Below, in pieces: positions 1-7,998 of a DNA stretch of 32,734 nucleotides (its first letter is position 1; each line of letters begins with the position of its first letter). The stretch covers positions 1-32,734 of the forward strand of contig CAZQLB010000001.1 in assembly GCA_964593915.1 (NCBI GenBank). Direction: 5' to 3'. Made by a program: the position numbers and the translations under genes. Below the pieces are notes generated by a model, which was not told the DNA's origin, did no database searches, and saw only the letters and a list, made by a program, of their open reading frames with translations. The DNA comes from an uncultured Pseudobdellovibrionaceae bacterium. Lineage in GTDB: Bacteria; Pseudomonadota; Alphaproteobacteria; Micavibrionales; Micavibrionaceae.

Positions 1-278
1 CGCATGTATCTTCATCAGGACAATATGGTTTCTCATCCTCAAAATCGGCATCATATATTGATACAGCAAAGTTCGCCAATGCCTGGCGCACCAACAGCGC
101 GCGGGCTGCAGACGAGGGCACATTACTGGGTGCAGATGACACATCCAGCACCGTCCCTAATGTTGCTGAATTACTGGTCGCAGATGCCCCCGGCGGATGC
201 GTCGCTTATATCAAAGAGGCGCGGTATTATCCGCACCGTATCTCTAACCCAGAATTACAAAGGATCACAACACCATGA
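1..278 (+). CDS. 3' end of a gene truncated by the window edge; hypothetical, possibly a phage tail/host-recognition protein C-terminus
   Basis: Frame 3 is open from nt 3 to TGA at 276-278 (...SSSGQYGFSSSKSASYIDTAKFANAWRTNSARAADEGTLLGADDTSSTVPNVAELLVADAPGGCVAYIKEARYYPHRISNPELQRITTP*). Its stop overlaps the next ATG (ATGA at 275-278), a translational-coupling signature. It is absent from the ORF track because it has no start in the window. The function is guessed from context only. Confidence 0.45.
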   Translation, partial: HVSSSGQYGFSSSKSASYIDTAKFANAWRTNSARAADEGTLLGADDTSSTVPNVAELLVADAPGGCVAYIKEARYYPHRISNPELQRITTP

Positions 279-616
279 TATATACAGATTTATTTTTAAA
301 ATTTACAAGCAAGGCAGAGGCCGAAAGCACGTTTACATCCATAGGTATTCCGCTTCAAAATGGGAAAATCCCCTTGTCCGCAAGCATAAACGGATATGAT
401 ATCGTGATGGATATCTTGTTTGGAAATGGGACCGTGTATTCCCCGATAGGCGAAAATCAAACCATTGACGGGATGACGGTTCCTGTCATGGCCGCTGTCC
501 CTGGATATCATGTCAACGTTCGTATTCTTGGCAATTACACTCCGCCTGAACTGGAGCCATTCATGTTAGACCCCGAACCCACCAATCCAAAATGTGTATT
601 TGCGATGAAAGTGTGA
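275..616 (+). CDS. hypothetical protein (113 aa), phage-associated by context
   Basis: ATG overlaps the upstream stop (ATGA). The stop at 614-616 abuts the next ORF. No recognisable catalytic motif. It is part of a tightly packed same-strand string of small genes. Confidence 0.55.
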   Translation: MIYTDLFLKFTSKAEAESTFTSIGIPLQNGKIPLSASINGYDIVMDILFGNGTVYSPIGENQTIDGMTVPVMAAVPGYHVNVRILGNYTPPELEPFMLDPEPTNPKCVFAMKV

Positions 617-868
617 TTGATCATGATTGATTTTTCTCAAAACATCATGGAAAGCGTTTTGGCGGCCGGTATGGCGGTGATCGGTTTTTTTAGCCGTGTT
701 TTGCACGCCGATATCAAACAGAACACAAAGGACATTGCTGATTTTAAAACACGTGTCGCAGAGCAGTATTTGCGCCGCGATACCATCGCCGAAATTAAAC
801 AGATTATTCAGGTCACGAATAAACGCGTGGATGAGATATATATTTTACTGACAAAAAAAGAGAACTAA
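617..868 (+). CDS. small membrane-anchored coiled-coil protein (83 aa; ATG at 623 is the more likely start)
   Basis: N-terminal hydrophobic helix (ESVLAAGMAVIGFFSRVL) followed by a charged heptad-like segment (KDIADFKTRVAEQYLRRDTIAEIKQIIQVTNKRVDEIY). It starts immediately after the previous stop. This architecture is typical of phage lysis-accessory or holin-associated proteins. Confidence 0.5.
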   Translation: MIMIDFSQNIMESVLAAGMAVIGFFSRVLHADIKQNTKDIADFKTRVAEQYLRRDTIAEIKQIIQVTNKRVDEIYILLTKKEN

Positions 869-903
869 TTGATTTTAAGCATTAAAAATAAGGAGTATTC
901 AAA

Positions 904-1098
904 ATGAACGATACAAAAAATTTTCTCACCTCCAAAACAATTTGGGGCGCGATGATTGCATTGATCGCAACGATGTTACAAATGATGGGGTTTGATGTAA
1001 CCGGTATGGATGGAACGGCCGAAGAAATTGTAACCATTGCCGGTGCCGCGATGGCGATTTATGGCCGTATAAAAGCTGTTAAGAAAATCGGTACATAA
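904..1098 (+). CDS. holin-like small 2-TM membrane protein (64 aa)
   Basis: Strong RBS (AAGGAG, 890-895) 8 nt before the ATG. Two hydrophobic helices (TIWGAMIALIATMLQMMGF; IVTIAGAAMAIYGRI) and a basic C-terminal tail (KAVKKIGT), i.e. class II holin/pinholin-like topology. Confidence 0.55.
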   Translation: MNDTKNFLTSKTIWGAMIALIATMLQMMGFDVTGMDGTAEEIVTIAGAAMAIYGRIKAVKKIGT

Positions 1099-1120
1099 AA
1101 CGATTGATAAATGGGTGTAA

Positions 1121-1147
1121 TAAGGGGGTTTTGCAATGCCCCCCTTA
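1121..1147 (+). terminator. stem-loop after the small-gene string (weak terminator candidate)
   Basis: TAAGGGGG (1121-1128) pairs with CCCCCTTA (1140-1147) across an 11-nt loop, 23 nt after the stop at 1098. No clean U-tract follows, so termination is uncertain. A TATAAT hexamer sits at 1155-1160, ahead of the next gene. Confidence 0.3.
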
Positions 1148-1194
1148 TGCGCGTATAATGTAGATGGTTCTATAAATAGATAACGGTATGGCTG

Positions 1195-2118
1195 ATGTAT
1201 AAAAGCAATAAAAGATTTTTAAAACTTTCTACTCATTGCTCTAAATTTATTTTGGTAGCGGGGCTTACTTCTACGCTTTGTGCTTGTAGCACCGGGGTTT
1301 CATCCGAAGATCGATATAAAACAGCTTATCAAATTGTGGCATCTGAAAATAAAGATGATAGGGGCAGGGAATCTTTGTCACTCTCACCATTTATTTATCC
1401 TGATCCTTTTTATCCGATCCAAACATTTGAACGTGTGAAGGCGATGTCGGATACGGACGTCATTTATATTGTAGGAGACGGATTGAATTTTCTGTCCCGT
1501 GGACAAATTTCCGGGGATCCGACACCCCTTAATCCTCTTGCCCTGCGGTTGGCGCATATGGATCCCGCGGATGCTGTGATTTATGCGGCGCGTCCCTGTC
1601 AATATGTGCGCGATGTGCCATCTTGTACCTATCCGATATGGACTGATGCCCGCATGGGCGATGATGTTATCCGGCGGTATGAACGTTTTCTGGATCAGAT
1701 TCGTTTGCGGTATCCCCGGATTAAATCATTTCATCTTGTTGGATATTCTGGCGGCGGCGGGGTTGCTGTTTTGCTGGCGGCGCGGCGATCTGATGTGGTC
1801 AGTATACGCACGATTGCGGGTAATCTGGACACGGATATGTTTACGCGTTTGCATGATTTAACCCCCATGTCATCGTCGCTTAATCCGGCGGCTGTTGCAA
1901 ACCGTGTGCGCAGGGTGCCGCAGATTCATTATGTGGGTATGGATGATTCGCGTGTGCCGATCGATATTGCGCAGAGTTATATGCGATCTATGGCCGGGCC
2001 AAACGACCCCCAAACTTTATCATGTGCGTATAGTACCCGCGTGCCTCATACAGATCATGTGGATGGCTGGACGTCCTATTGGCGGGATGCGGTCCGGGTG
2101 ATCCCGATGTGCCGATAA
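1195..2118 (+). CDS. alpha/beta-hydrolase fold lipoprotein (serine esterase/lipase-like)
   Basis: Signal peptide with a lipobox-like L-C-A-C (…LTSTLCA|CSTG). Nucleophile elbow G-Y-S-G-G (HLVGYSGGGGVAVLLAARR). Downstream Asp (VGMDDSRVP) and His (VPHTDHVDGW) lie in the Ser-Asp-His order expected of the fold. Confidence 0.8.
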   Translation: MYKSNKRFLKLSTHCSKFILVAGLTSTLCACSTGVSSEDRYKTAYQIVASENKDDRGRESLSLSPFIYPDPFYPIQTFERVKAMSDTDVIYIVGDGLNFLSRGQISGDPTPLNPLALRLAHMDPADAVIYAARPCQYVRDVPSCTYPIWTDARMGDDVIRRYERFLDQIRLRYPRIKSFHLVGYSGGGGVAVLLAARRSDVVSIRTIAGNLDTDMFTRLHDLTPMSSSLNPAAVANRVRRVPQIHYVGMDDSRVPIDIAQSYMRSMAGPNDPQTLSCAYSTRVPHTDHVDGWTSYWRDAVRVIPMCR

Positions 2119-2406
2119 ACCGATAAAGAGTTCCCGAATATATTTATGAGATCCTGGATCATGTCCGGAATCACAATCATGTTATTTTTTATGATCAAGC
2201 CGCTTAGCCACTTGTAAAATAAAATGAACGGAGCTGCGATCTTACGCCTGTCTTTGACTTTTTCGGTGCTCACGTACTTTATGTGTACGCTGCGTGCCGG
2301 GTTCTCGCCTGGTCTTGCTCTCGATCTCGCTTAGCGTTCATTTCATTTATCAAACAGCTATATATATGTCGCGATTTGGATCTTTCTAATAAAAATGCAT
2401 AAACGT

Positions 2407-2440
2407 AAAAAGCCCCGCAAAACGCGGGGCTTTTAATTTT
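2407..2440. terminator. bidirectional rho-independent terminator
   Basis: GCCCCGC (2412-2418) / GCGGGGC (2424-2430) stem with a 5-nt loop. It is flanked by AAAAA on the left and TTTTAATTTT on the right, so a U-tract follows the hairpin on either strand. It lies about 30 nt downstream of the autotransporter stop (2461) and between two convergent genes. Confidence 0.75.
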
Positions 2441-2460
2441 GTTACGATCATTAGACCAGA

Positions 2461-5400
2461 TTAGAAGCGGTAACCCGCGCGAACCATCCCGGTGTGGGCG
2501 GTGTAATCCGATTTAATGCTGAAGTCATAGTCGGCTTTAACTTGCCAGTTGTTGGCAGAGTAGAAGTCAACGCCTGCGCCCACATTAAATGTGCTGCGTG
2601 CAGGATCTGCCCCTTGAGTGTCAAACGTGGTACCTGTGGAACCAACGAAGTTTGATGTGACTTCCAGGTTGTCGCCAATTGCATCGTAGCTATAGCCAAC
2701 GCGTACAACGGGTTCAACTTTGGAACCATCTTCGTTCATCATGGACCATTTTGCATCCAAGCCCAGACCCAGTTCCAGAGCATCCATATCGCTGTCACCA
2801 ACGGTCAGGAGAGCGCCTGTTCCTGTTTCTGTATAACCATCAGCACTGTAGTGCCAGTAGTTTGCCGAAACGTTCGGGGTCAATGTCAGACCATCTGCAC
2901 CCACATCATATCCGCGGCCAACTTCAGCACGTGCATTCCACAGGCTGGAGTCATAGTCGGCGTTTTGTGTGGTTGCGGACGTTGCATGACGGGTCATGTC
3001 ATTGCTGTTCCATGCGTAGGACGCAACACCTTCAACATAAGCATTGCTGCCGATGTCATAGTCGCCATACACGGACACTTGGTAGCTGTCCACATCTGTT
3101 TCAGCATTTGCCGCATTGTCGCTATCGACATTGGTCATACCGTAGCTGAGTGCCGCACCGGCGGTCCCTTTGCCATCAGCAACTTCCATGTCGGAACCGA
3201 TCGCTACACCAACGGTGTTTGAATCATATCCGGCAACGCTGTCACGTTCGTCTTGGTTTGCAACGCCACCAAAGCCTTGAAGCCAAACACTGTTTGGTAG
3301 TTCATCCGCCGCAGCGCCCATACCGCGTACGCCAGCCAAACGGCCAGAGATCACGTTCGATGCACCGGAAGCCACGGATGTCGCCGCAGAGACAGCACCC
3401 ATATCAACGGTTGGCGATACCGCTTCCAGGACTTCGTTTGCAGCAGCTTGTGTTGTCGCATCGTTCAAGAGACCTTGAACAGCATCAACCGCAGCCACAC
3501 CTGTGTCATCAATCGAAGCCAAAGCAGTTGCTATCGCATCGTTGTTTGCGTTGGTCCCAATCGAAGCGGCCGAAGCACGTGTCGCAATCAGGTAAGCATC
3601 GTTGGCTGAACCAGAAACTGTTGCGTTCGAACCATCTGTGATCACAAAGCTCAGGACATAGGAGTCATCCGTTACTGTGAAATCATCGGTTGTCGCATCA
3701 AGACCGCCAACACTGCCCGTACCATCAACCACTTTAAAGTAGTCGTTGGTTGCAATGAAACCGGATCCAGTTTCAACACGAACAGCAATCGTTGAACCTG
3801 TCAGATCAGCCGCACCGCCGGAAACGGTCAAAAGACCTTGTCCAAGCGATCCATCCGATCCACCAGCCACACCGAAGCTATAGGTACCTGTTGATGCAAC
3901 GTGCGTTGCAACTGTCAGACCTTTGTCAGCATCGATTTTAACTGTACCGGCGTTGGTTAATGCGCCGCCGTTGGTTACATCAGCGCCATCCAGATGCAGC
4001 GTACCGCCGCTGTTTACAGCCAAAGCTGCTGCGCCGGTTGTAACCGCATGGTTAACGGTAAATGTACCGCCGCTGGCAACCGTAATTGCCGCTGTACCAC
4101 CCGTGGCATCAAATGTGCCGCCGGTTGTGAACGCATCATCGATAGAAACGGTGTTTGTACCCGCTTCCAAATCAATCGTACCGGTTACGGAACCACCAGA
4201 GAGCGTCAGGGTATCGTTACCCGCGCCCATCGCAATGTTACCGGCAACGGCGGTTGTGCCATCCAATTTCAGCAACTGCGCGTTTGCACCAGATGTGATA
4301 TCACCTGTTACAGTAACGTTATTTAATGTGAATGTACCGGTTTGTGCCGTTGCACTCAAATAAATCGCGTTGTTGGTTGCCCCAGATGCCGTGTTGGCAA
4401 TGGTACCACCCGTGATTGTTGTATCAACAAGGTCAACTGCACCGACGGTGATTGTACCTTCTGTTGATGTGACGTTCGCCGATGTAAACGTACCGCTTGT
4501 GTTGGTGATGGTGTTTGGTGATGTTGTGCTTCCCAAAACCAAAGCTTCACCTGTGGTCGCCGAAACGGTGCCCGAGTTGGTGAAGGTTGTTAATGTACCG
4601 GATACGTTAATCGCGTCACCCGTTGTCGTAGAAACCGTACCGGAGTTGGTCAGGGTTGTCACTGTGCCAGATGCATCAATGGTTGTTCCTGTTGTTCCTG
4701 AAACGGTGCCCGAGTTGGTGAAGGTTGTTAATGTACCAGCTGCCACAACACCTTTACCTGTGGTCGCCGCAATGGTGCCCGAGTTGGTTAAGGTGGTCAG
4801 TGTGTCACCAGAAGTTACATCAATTGCATTACCACTGGTTGTACGAACGGTACCCGAGTTGGTAATCGATGTTGTTGTACCAGCAAGATCCAAATCGATC
4901 GCATCGCCTGTATGGCTTGTCGAACCGATTGTCCCTGTGTTGGTAATGGTTGCGGTTGCCGCGTTGACATCAAGAGCAATACCTGATCCAGAATCACCGC
5001 CGGTAATTGTACCCGCGTTTGTTAATGTTACGGATGCACCATCCAAACGGATACCAGCCCCGTCTGTACCCGCTGCACCAGCTGTACCGGAACCACCTGT
5101 ACCCGCTGCACCACCAGCACCCCCGGTTACGGTTACGCCCGAACCAATGGTGATCGTTGCGGTCGCACCGTCAACGTCAATACCATCGCCCCCAGCACCC
5201 CCGTCACGGTTGTTTGCTGTTCCAACGGATGCACCACCGTCGCCCCCAGCACCCCCGGTTACGGCCGATCCACTGGTCAGTGAAACGGTGTTGTTGTCAG
5301 AAATGAGGTCAATAGCAGCACCCCCGGCACCAGCTGTACCCCCTTGAAGGTTATCGTTACCGCCTGTTTCGTTTGCGTCGCCACCGTCGCCCCCGGCACC

Positions 5401-5952
5401 CCCGGTAAAGTCACCAGCGCCTGTTACGCGGCCATAGTTGGCATCAACATAGGCAGCCGATCCCCCGGCACCCCCGGCACCCCCAATTGCACCGTCAGCG
5501 TCGCCATCGGAACCATCAGAACCGTCGCCACCAGCGCCCCCAACTGCGGATGCTGTGCTATTCAGCAAAATGGTTGGATACGCGCCTGATGTACCATCCT
5601 GAGCAGATGGGAAGTTAATACCGTGGCCACCAGCGCCCCCAGCTTCCCCATCATCCATCGTTGTATCAACGCCCCCAGCGGCCCCGGCACCCCCGGTAAC
5701 GGCCACACCGTTCACGGTAATGTCGATTGCAGAGCCACCAAATTGAATACCGTCATCCCCGGCACCGCCAGCTGTATCAGCAGCAGCAGCAGAGGCGGCG
5801 TCACCTGTTTTCGCGGTTGTATAGGTTGTGTCCGCTGCCGGTGTTGCGGCGTCGGCAGCATGTGCGACGTTCACGCTGAAAGCACCCATCAGGGCGCCAA
5901 CGGCGACAATCGCAGAGCCTGTTAATAATGTCGATTTGAAATTGAGTTTCAT
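2461..5952 (-). CDS. autotransporter (type Va) outer-membrane protein, 1163 aa, with repetitive beta-helical passenger domain
   Basis: The best start is the ATG at 5950-5952, preceded by AAGGAG. Sec signal peptide MKLNFKSTLLTGSAIVAVGALMGAFSVNVAHA|AD. Gly-rich and T-x-T-N-S-G-T repeat passenger. The C-terminal ~275 aa (nt 2464-3288) have alternating beta-strand character and end in the barrel signature ...GMVRAGYRF. The 61 in-frame codons upstream (to 6135) lack an RBS or signal peptide and are taken as an ORF-track artefact. Confidence 0.9.
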   Translation of the reverse strand: MKLNFKSTLLTGSAIVAVGALMGAFSVNVAHAADAATPAADTTYTTAKTGDAASAAAADTAGGAGDDGIQFGGSAIDITVNGVAVTGGAGAAGGVDTTMDDGEAGGAGGHGINFPSAQDGTSGAYPTILLNSTASAVGGAGGDGSDGSDGDADGAIGGAGGAGGSAAYVDANYGRVTGAGDFTGGAGGDGGDANETGGNDNLQGGTAGAGGAAIDLISDNNTVSLTSGSAVTGGAGGDGGASVGTANNRDGGAGGDGIDVDGATATITIGSGVTVTGGAGGAAGTGGSGTAGAAGTDGAGIRLDGASVTLTNAGTITGGDSGSGIALDVNAATATITNTGTIGSTSHTGDAIDLDLAGTTTSITNSGTVRTTSGNAIDVTSGDTLTTLTNSGTIAATTGKGVVAAGTLTTFTNSGTVSGTTGTTIDASGTVTTLTNSGTVSTTTGDAINVSGTLTTFTNSGTVSATTGEALVLGSTTSPNTITNTSGTFTSANVTSTEGTITVGAVDLVDTTITGGTIANTASGATNNAIYLSATAQTGTFTLNNVTVTGDITSGANAQLLKLDGTTAVAGNIAMGAGNDTLTLSGGSVTGTIDLEAGTNTVSIDDAFTTGGTFDATGGTAAITVASGGTFTVNHAVTTGAAALAVNSGGTLHLDGADVTNGGALTNAGTVKIDADKGLTVATHVASTGTYSFGVAGGSDGSLGQGLLTVSGGAADLTGSTIAVRVETGSGFIATNDYFKVVDGTGSVGGLDATTDDFTVTDDSYVLSFVITDGSNATVSGSANDAYLIATRASAASIGTNANNDAIATALASIDDTGVAAVDAVQGLLNDATTQAAANEVLEAVSPTVDMGAVSAATSVASGASNVISGRLAGVRGMGAAADELPNSVWLQGFGGVANQDERDSVAGYDSNTVGVAIGSDMEVADGKGTAGAALSYGMTNVDSDNAANAETDVDSYQVSVYGDYDIGSNAYVEGVASYAWNSNDMTRHATSATTQNADYDSSLWNARAEVGRGYDVGADGLTLTPNVSANYWHYSADGYTETGTGALLTVGDSDMDALELGLGLDAKWSMMNEDGSKVEPVVRVGYSYDAIGDNLEVTSNFVGSTGTTFDTQGADPARSTFNVGAGVDFYSANNWQVKADYDFSIKSDYTAHTGMVRAGYRF
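4513..5040 (-). repeat. in-frame tandem ~69-bp (23-aa) repeats encoding T(L/F)TN(S/T/A)GT beta-helix rungs
   Basis: Protein repeats TLTNSGTIAATTGKGVVAAGTLT / TFTNSGTVSGTTGTTIDASGTVT / TLTNSGTVSTTTGDAINVSGTLT / TFTNSGTVSATTGEALV..., plus more degenerate flanking units. At DNA level a perfect 38-bp duplicate (gaaacggtgcccgagttggtgaaggttgttaatgtacc) occurs at 4562-4599 and 4700-4737, 138 bp = 2 periods apart. Confidence 0.8.
5053..5775 (-). repeat. low-complexity Gly-rich coding repeats (GGAGG-x-G / GGAGGDGG motifs)
   Basis: GGAGG, GGAGGDGG and GGAGGAGG are reiterated through passenger residues ~60-300. The + strand shows the recurring motif cccc(c)(a/g)gcacccccgg (e.g. around 5117, 5241, 5391, 5462 and 5686). 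Confidence 0.7.
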
Positions 5953-6273
5953 AAGGGGTCTCCTTACCCATTTAGAAGTTTTGGAACATCTTTTGTTTTG
6001 AGGATGCGGCAAAAAGCCAAAGTCCCCCAAAACTTTGAAGCACGTTAAAGATACGTGAACCAAGATGATTCGCCAGAGGAAAAAGCAAACTCTATATAAT
6101 TTTCGCTTTTCGTGTGGCAAGAATATCACGCGCATTTTTATCGCAATTTATATCTGCATATACATGTGTGTTTCGTATTGATTTATCTTGATTGTGTTTG
6201 CTGTCCTCTTGACATCATCGTGCGTTCTCTGCAGTGTTATGCCTGCCTTTGTGCATTATAAGGAGTCGATCTC

Positions 6274-6645
6274 ATGGCGGCGGGTGATTTTCTGTCAAAT
6301 TATTTTCCTATTCTTGTGTTTATGGCTATTGCCGTTGGTATTTCTGGCGCGGCGGTGATCGCGTCTTTAATCGCGGGGCGTCAACGGCCAGATGCGCAAA
6401 AGCTTGCGGCCTATGAATGCGGCTTTGATGCTTTTGACGATGCGCGGTCCAAATTTGATGTGCGTTTTTATCTGGTGGCCATCCTTTTTATTATCTTTGA
6501 TCTGGAAATCGCGTTTTTGTTTCCCTGGGCCGTGACGCTTGGGACTATTGGGATGGCTGGTTTTTGGTCAATGATGATTTTCCTGGGTGTCTTGACGGTT
6601 GGATTTGTGTATGAATGGCGCAAGGGTGCCCTGGATTGGGAATAA
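6274..6645 (+). CDS. nuoA: NADH-quinone oxidoreductase subunit A
   Basis: 123 aa, 3 TM. Conserved YECGF motif ([34 protein letters not shown]). RBS AAGGAG at 6260-6265. First gene of the nuo string. Confidence 0.96.
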   Translation: MAAGDFLSNYFPILVFMAIAVGISGAAVIASLIAGRQRPDAQKLAAYECGFDAFDDARSKFDVRFYLVAILFIIFDLEIAFLFPWAVTLGTIGMAGFWSMMIFLGVLTVGFVYEWRKGALDWE

Positions 6646-6660
6646 GAGATAGGTTTTATA

Positions 6661-7236
6661 ATGACACATGATCGCACCATTGAGCTGGCCCCGGCTGTAC
6701 CTTTTCAAACCTTGACGCCCCAGCAGCGGGCGGAAGGCGGGGATGTTCTGGCGGCCGCTATTGCAAAAACGACCGAAGAAAAAGGGTTTATGTTAACAAC
6801 GGCCGATGCCTTGTTTGACTGGGCCCGGACCGGATCGATGTGGCCAATGACGTTTGGGCTTGCGTGCTGCGCGGTTGAAATGATTCATGCTTATATGTCG
6901 CGGTATGACCTGGACCGTTTTGGAATCATTCCGCGCCCCAGTCCGCGCCAGTCAGATGTGATGATTGTTGCGGGGACGTTGACGAATAAAATGGCGCCTG
7001 CGCTGCGGCGGGTGTATGACCAGATGCCGGAACCTCGGTGGGTGATTTCCATGGGATCCTGTGCGAATGGCGGCGGATATTATCATTATTCATATTCTGT
7101 TGTGCGGGGGTGCGACCGGATCGTTCCGGTGGATATTTATGTGCCTGGATGCCCCCCAACGGCTGAGGCTTTGGTATATGGTATCCTCTTGCTTCAAAAG
7201 AAAATCGGGCGCGAAGACACGCGGATTGTGCGGTAA
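6661..7236 (+). CDS. nuoB: NADH-quinone oxidoreductase subunit B
   Basis: Cluster N2 ligand motifs [23 protein letters not shown] and VPGCPPT. Confidence 0.97.
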   Translation: MTHDRTIELAPAVPFQTLTPQQRAEGGDVLAAAIAKTTEEKGFMLTTADALFDWARTGSMWPMTFGLACCAVEMIHAYMSRYDLDRFGIIPRPSPRQSDVMIVAGTLTNKMAPALRRVYDQMPEPRWVISMGSCANGGGYYHYSYSVVRGCDRIVPVDIYVPGCPPTAEALVYGILLLQKKIGREDTRIVR

Positions 7237-7239
7237 AAA

Positions 7240-7983
7240 ATGACGGAAAATACCATTCAAAAAACAGAAGACGTACAGCACGTACAGGGTGCAGAGGAGA
7301 GGGCTTCTCCTATGCCTTTGGAACGTATTGTGTCCCAAATTAACCAGGACCGTTCAAATGATATTATTGATTGCTTATGGTATAAGAATGAAGCTTCTTT
7401 TACCGTACGTGTCGATACTTTGATTGATTTTATGTCTTATTTGCGGGGTGAATCTGGGGGGGCTTTTGTTCAGCTGGTGGATCTGTGCGGATGTGATGAT
7501 CCTTCTTTAGAAAATAGATTTACAGTGGTCTATAACCTATTGTCCCTTAAGGAAAATGTACGTGTACGTGTCAAGGTGTACGTGTCTGAAAACCAGACTG
7601 TTCCTTCCGTTGTCAGCTTATTTAGCACAGCTGGGTGGTTTGAGCGCGAGGCGTACGATATGTATGGTATTGTGTTTGCCGGAAATGCTGATCTGCGCCG
7701 TATTCTGACCGATTATGGATTTGAAGGATACCCCCTGCGCAAGGATTTTCCGATGACCGGGTTTGTGGAACTGCATTATGATGATCTGCAAAAACGAGTG
7801 GTGTACGCGCCGGTTGAATTGCAACAGGCGTACAGATCGTTTGATCATGTCAGCCCGTGGGACGGGATGACGGACGTACAGCTTCCGGGCGATGAAAAGG
7901 CAACGAAACCAACCCGGGGATGGGTACCCGCGAATGCGGATGTGTCGGTGGATATCCCCTCCGAACACAAAAAACTTAAATAA
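7240..7983 (+). CDS. nuoC: NADH-quinone oxidoreductase subunit C
   Basis: WFEREAYDMYGIVFAGNADLRRILTDYGFEGYPLRKDFP signature, with the alphaproteobacterial-type C-terminal extension (LPGDEKA...). Confidence 0.96.
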   Translation: MTENTIQKTEDVQHVQGAEERASPMPLERIVSQINQDRSNDIIDCLWYKNEASFTVRVDTLIDFMSYLRGESGGAFVQLVDLCGCDDPSLENRFTVVYNLLSLKENVRVRVKVYVSENQTVPSVVSLFSTAGWFEREAYDMYGIVFAGNADLRRILTDYGFEGYPLRKDFPMTGFVELHYDDLQKRVVYAPVELQQAYRSFDHVSPWDGMTDVQLPGDEKATKPTRGWVPANADVSVDIPSEHKKLK

Positions 7984-7998
7984 GGCAGGGTTTTTGAC

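Noticed and set aside
4-399. A 131-aa ORF at the left edge (frame 1).
   Set aside because: It overlaps two better-supported reading frames: the frame-3 partial gene ending at 278 and the 275-616 ORF linked to it by an ATGA overlap. Its product is low-complexity and His/Arg-rich with no features.
5778-5792. A (CAG)5 run on the + strand (GCT Ala codons on the - strand, …SAAAAD…) near the 5' end of the autotransporter gene, considered as a phase-variation tract.
   Set aside because: A trinucleotide repeat changes length in frame and cannot switch the gene off. It is also short. I saw no homopolymer or di-/tetra-/pentanucleotide tract of phase-variable length in the gene or its promoter.
2679-5925. 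Several long + strand ORFs inside the autotransporter gene (e.g. 4370-5347, 325 aa; 3150-3641; 3923-4363; 2679-3149).
   Set aside because: They are the antisense reading of Gly/Thr/Ala/Asn-rich repeats, giving Pro/Val/Ala-rich nonsense such as …VPELVKVVNVP…. They have no RBS and no recognisable domains. The - strand ORF has a signal peptide, passenger repeats and a barrel terminus. This is a composition artefact.
5953-6135. A 61-codon N-terminal extension of the autotransporter ORF in the ORF track (MRVIFLPHEKRKLY…).
   Set aside because: The internal ATG at 5952 has a strong AAGGAG RBS and is followed at once by a canonical Sec signal peptide. The extension has neither and lies in the AT-rich promoter region.
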